Made by a program: the position numbers and the translations under genes
The notes under the pieces: model-generated
Database searches by the model: none
Told to the model about the DNA's origin: nothing
What the model saw: only the letters and a program-made list of their open reading frames with translations
NCBI GenBank assembly: GCA_021613535.1
Contig: CP075495.1
Location: 1,240,001 to 1,304,000, forward strand
Direction: 5' to 3'
DNA from: Adineta vaga
Lineage: Eukaryota; Animalia; Rotifera
DNA: 64,000 bases
Shown: positions 60,479-64,000 of the stretch, in pieces
Layout of the letters: the number at the start of each line of letters is the position of its first letter
How positions within the stretch are numbered: the first letter of the stretch is position 1

Positions 60479-62604
60479 TTATTTATTATCTGACTGATGT
60501 GGAATAGATTTTAAAGCTAAATTTGTTTCAAATATACTTCGAAATTTATTATCCCGAACTGCTCGAAGAAATTCACCTTGAAAAATCTATTGAAAAAGCA
60601 AAACTCCGCATAGATGATTTAATATATTAATAAAATCCAATATGAATACAAACCGGTAAGATTGTATATTGATATTTTTCAATCAATCGATATCTCATCG
60701 TTGTATGTGCACTAAAAGCACGTGTTGAATTTCCATCTGCTCGTTGTTGTTTTATTAACATTGAATTTAAGATTGGCAGAACAGCAATTCTAAAAAAATC
60801 AATTCATATTCATTTGATTTTAAACAAATAAAATATTCTAACCGTTGTTTAGTATTAATACCAATGATTTTCAAATCATCTGTATCAGGTAAATTGACTT
60901 CTAAAACTAGAATTCTATTTAGAATAATTATAAAAGAAAAAATTCAATAATTTACAATCAAAAAGTATAATAGGATACTGTTTAAATGTATCAATAATTT
61001 GACATGTATCATTGCCATATAAACGATCAATTTCTTGTTTTAATTCGAATAGAAATCGTTGATAAGTTCTTTGATCAGTTCGTATTGATGAACGATATTG
61101 ATTTGAGATCTAATTCAACTTTCTTCGAATTCAAATTAGATAAATATAAAATCAAATTTTACTTGAGTTGTATACGAAAGCATTTGATCGTTGAGTAAAG
61201 ATTTTTGAAGTGCTGGTCGATCAATAGATAAAGCATGATGAATATCGAATAATTGTCGTTGAACAGATTTGGTATAAACACCCATATCACCTAAAGCAAG
61301 CAAATCAAAATAATAAATATAAAAATAAAACTTACGAAATAGAAGTGGAAAAAATTTATGTTGAATTGTTGAAAAAAGAAGTTGATAATTATAAATATTC
61401 ACAAGCATCATCCCATGTTGTGCTTGAACAATCCATTGAGGAAAAATGATTTCATTGTCAATATTTTCATTTAATTTATGACTTAATTCAACGATTGTTG
61501 TTCGTGTATCAAAACGATTTGTTGGATCAGTTAAACATAAATAATAAATCAAACGAGAACATAATTTAATATCGATTAAAACATTTTCTTTAGATTTTTT
61601 TAATGAATTTCGAAGTTTTTCCGTTACTTCTCGTTGAAATAATTCATGAGAATAATTACATGAAGATATGAGAATAAGTAATTGACATATAACATTGAAA
61701 TTTGTTTGATGAATACCAATTTCAATTAAATAATCATTTAAAAGTGAAAACATTTCCATTGATACTTGTTGAAATTCACAATGTTGAATAAATATTAAAT
61801 ATTCAAGAATTATTAATGAACAAGATCGTTGATCATAGAGATATTTCAAAAGTGCATAAGACCATTGATCAATTGATGATATTGATGGAAGTTTAAGAAT
61901 TGAATGAAGTGTTAAACATAGTTGATTGATTAATAACAATGGAGCATTTTGAGATAAACTTGAAAATAGATAAGTTAACAATGAATTAACAATTGATGTT
62001 GATGATAATAAAGATTTAACATGTGATAAAGATTGATGTGATGAAAGATAATGAACAAAAAATGTTAATTCACAAATTAATGGTAATGAACTAAAAGAAA
62101 ATTTCAATATTCATTTTGTTTTTCAATGTTTACTAACTTGTTATTGAAATTTTCTTGATTTTTTGTTAGATCTAATATAGAATTAGATGTTTCTTTCAAA
62201 GTAATATTAACATCGAATGTGATAAATCGATAAATAAATGCTATGTGTACATAACGAAGATATCGAAGAAGAATAAATAATTGTTTTGTATTATTTCCTT
62301 GAAAATCACCGATATGATTCTTTCGATCATTTTCTAATTGAATAAATTTCGGATTAAATTTTGATGAAGTTTTTTGATAAATATTTTTTGTTATTGCAAG
62401 ATTAGTTGATGGATATTCTGAATGAATATTTGTTAATGAAGAATAAAGCCATTTCGAAAATAATGATTCATCTTCAATTGTTTTTAATAATTCTTGAATA
62501 TTTCGACTAGATTCAACTAAATCAGATTTATTTATTGATATATAACGATAATGAAACAAGGAAGTTTTCTTTACGAATTGAATATAACGAGTTATATTTA
62601 ACAT
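60479..62604 (-). CDS. FAST kinase domain (FASTKD)-like mitochondrial RNA-binding protein with C-terminal RAP-like domain, multi-exon
   Basis: Presequence-like N-terminus, Leu-rich helical body, RQLFDIHHALSIDRP, and C-terminal RIAVLP..TMRYRLIEKYQYTILPIFQGEF. Confidence 0.6.
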
Positions 62605-63452
62605 CTAAAATAAAATAGAATATCAATATAGATATTTATTAATGTACGATTTAAATTGTGTATAGAACTATTTATCGAATAGAAATAATATTCGTTTTCT
62701 ATTAGAGGTTTAATTCATCCAATCTGTGTTTTCTTAAAGATTGTCATTAGTTATTGTAGCAAGGTTTACTTTTTTTGAGAATTCATTCATTGAAACAAAT
62801 GTGAAGAAGTTCGAATTGATCTGAATTAGTGACAATGATTGTTTTTTTTTTCGTTGAAAAGAGGAGATGAAGACGTATCGAAGTGTTTATTCTAGAGTTT
62901 TGTATTGAAAATTTTCAATCTAGTTTCTAATACAATCTTCTAGTAAAAACTGTGAAAAAAAAATCATATTTATGCTTTCTCCTTTTTTCATTAATTAAAA
63001 AAACACATTTTTCGAATACTTACTCAGTTCTCTGTCAACATTTTCCTATTATAATATTAGTTGAAGTACGATCAAAGAAAATTTATTCAAGTCTGATCTA
63101 GAGTAAAAATGTGTCATCACTACCACTACTTTTGGTCTAACCTAAATATATCTTCTGTGGAATTGTTCAGATTGAAATCAGAAATACTTTTGTTTTATTT
63201 TCTACAAGATATTGAACAATAATATTCTTTTAATATAATAGAAAAACGATAGATATTCACTTACTGCTGATAATATTCATGTATTATTACAACAAGTCTC
63301 AAATTATCGAAAGAATGAATCGTTTGAGATGAAATACCAAGAGTCAGATTCATTTAAAAACAATTTAATTTCACACGAGATGTTTTGATTTATTTTAAAA
63401 AGATTTAAAATAAGAAACTAAAAGAATATCTTATTTAAATATACAAATCAGT

Positions 63453-64000
63453 TCAAATAGGTAAATCAGTTTCATCGATTGTTTTTCTCCATATACCTTT
63501 CAAAGGATTATAGAATAGATAGAAATATTCTTCTTCAGGAATAGTTTTTACATTGATATAATTAAGATCAAATGGAATTTCATTATAATGACCAAAGAAA
63601 TGAAGTTGAATAGAGATTGGTTGAATATTTTTATCTGATATTTCGAAAGTAAATGGTTCTTCCGTTAATGTTTGCTTTGTTTTCTTGCCAATATGTATTT
63701 TAATCGATTGAAAAAGTGAAAATGGTATCAGTGCACTATCTGGATCACGACCTTCGATTAGAATATTCGATTTCTGTAATTCACTATCATTTTGACGTGT
63801 AATACGAACGCGTCGTCGTAGAATCCATGGTGGAATGGATATGTCCAATCGCTTCATCAAACCATTCATAATTACATCACTAAATGCATGTATATTTAAT
63901 GTTGCACGGGCATGTAATGGTGTACGTTGAAGATTACCAATAATTAATTTTTGTTTTCGTTTTGCTACACGACGAGGTATATCAGAAGCCGGTGTTACCG
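63453..64000 (-). CDS. Class IV sirtuin (SIRT6/7-like), 3' part; the gene starts beyond the window
   Basis: VTPASDIP..KLIIGNLQRTPLHARATLNIHAFSDVIMNGLMKRLDISIP. Confidence 0.85.
   Translation of the reverse strand, partial: VTPASDIPRRVAKRKQKLIIGNLQRTPLHARATLNIHAFSDVIMNGLMKRLDISIPPWILRRRVRITRQNDSELQKSNILIEGRDPDSALIPFSLFQSIKIHIGKKTKQTLTEEPFTFEISDKNIQPISIQLHFFGHYNEIPFDLNYINVKTIPEEEYFYLFYNPLKGIWRKTIDETDLPI

Noticed and set aside
62095-62150. Overlapping ORFs 62104-62604 and 61136-62107 as a frameshift or coupled genes
   Set aside because: Explained by an ordinary short GT-AG intron.
1-64000. Bacterial or fungal contaminant contig
   Set aside because: Foreign-type genes share the composition and short spliceosomal introns of adjacent metazoan genes.

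Overview
This is AT-rich eukaryotic nuclear DNA with dense genes and many ~50-60 bp GT-AG introns. The gene content (receiver-like/ART/TPR protein, F-box and orphan GPCR genes, and foreign-looking carbohydrate enzymes that carry introns) is most consistent with a bdelloid rotifer; this assignment is an inference. I built about 35 protein-coding models by hand-splicing the ORF track. Metazoan-type genes include SPRTN, a p62-like gene, FAM102/EEIG1, a Tudor gene, Prdx6, two V-ATPase E copies, FASTKD, a partial SIRT6/7, an ASB and a nucleoredoxin. Probable horizontally acquired genes include a GH95 fucosidase, a fungal-type GH13 alpha-amylase, a fungal-like MFS transporter, an RNase III, two APH/choline-kinase-like genes and a large helical protein. 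Non-coding features are two identical inverted tRNA-Asp genes, a CACTA-type MITE with a partial second copy, a Helentron/DINE-like fragment and two dispersed repeat pairs. The most notable unexplained structures are: (1) three related pri-miRNA-like hairpins at 47.5-47.9 kb behind their own TATA promoter; (2) a dsRBD-less RNase III separated from an in-frame membrane anchor by one TGA; (3) ankyrin-GH95 and choline kinase-OTU domain fusions; (4) ~220 bp direct repeats bracketing the amylase and ASB genes; (5) a gene-conversion tract between inverted V-ATPase E copies; (6) operon-like gene pairs with splice acceptors just before the ATG. All family assignments are from motif recognition only, with no database searches, and coordinates were counted by hand.
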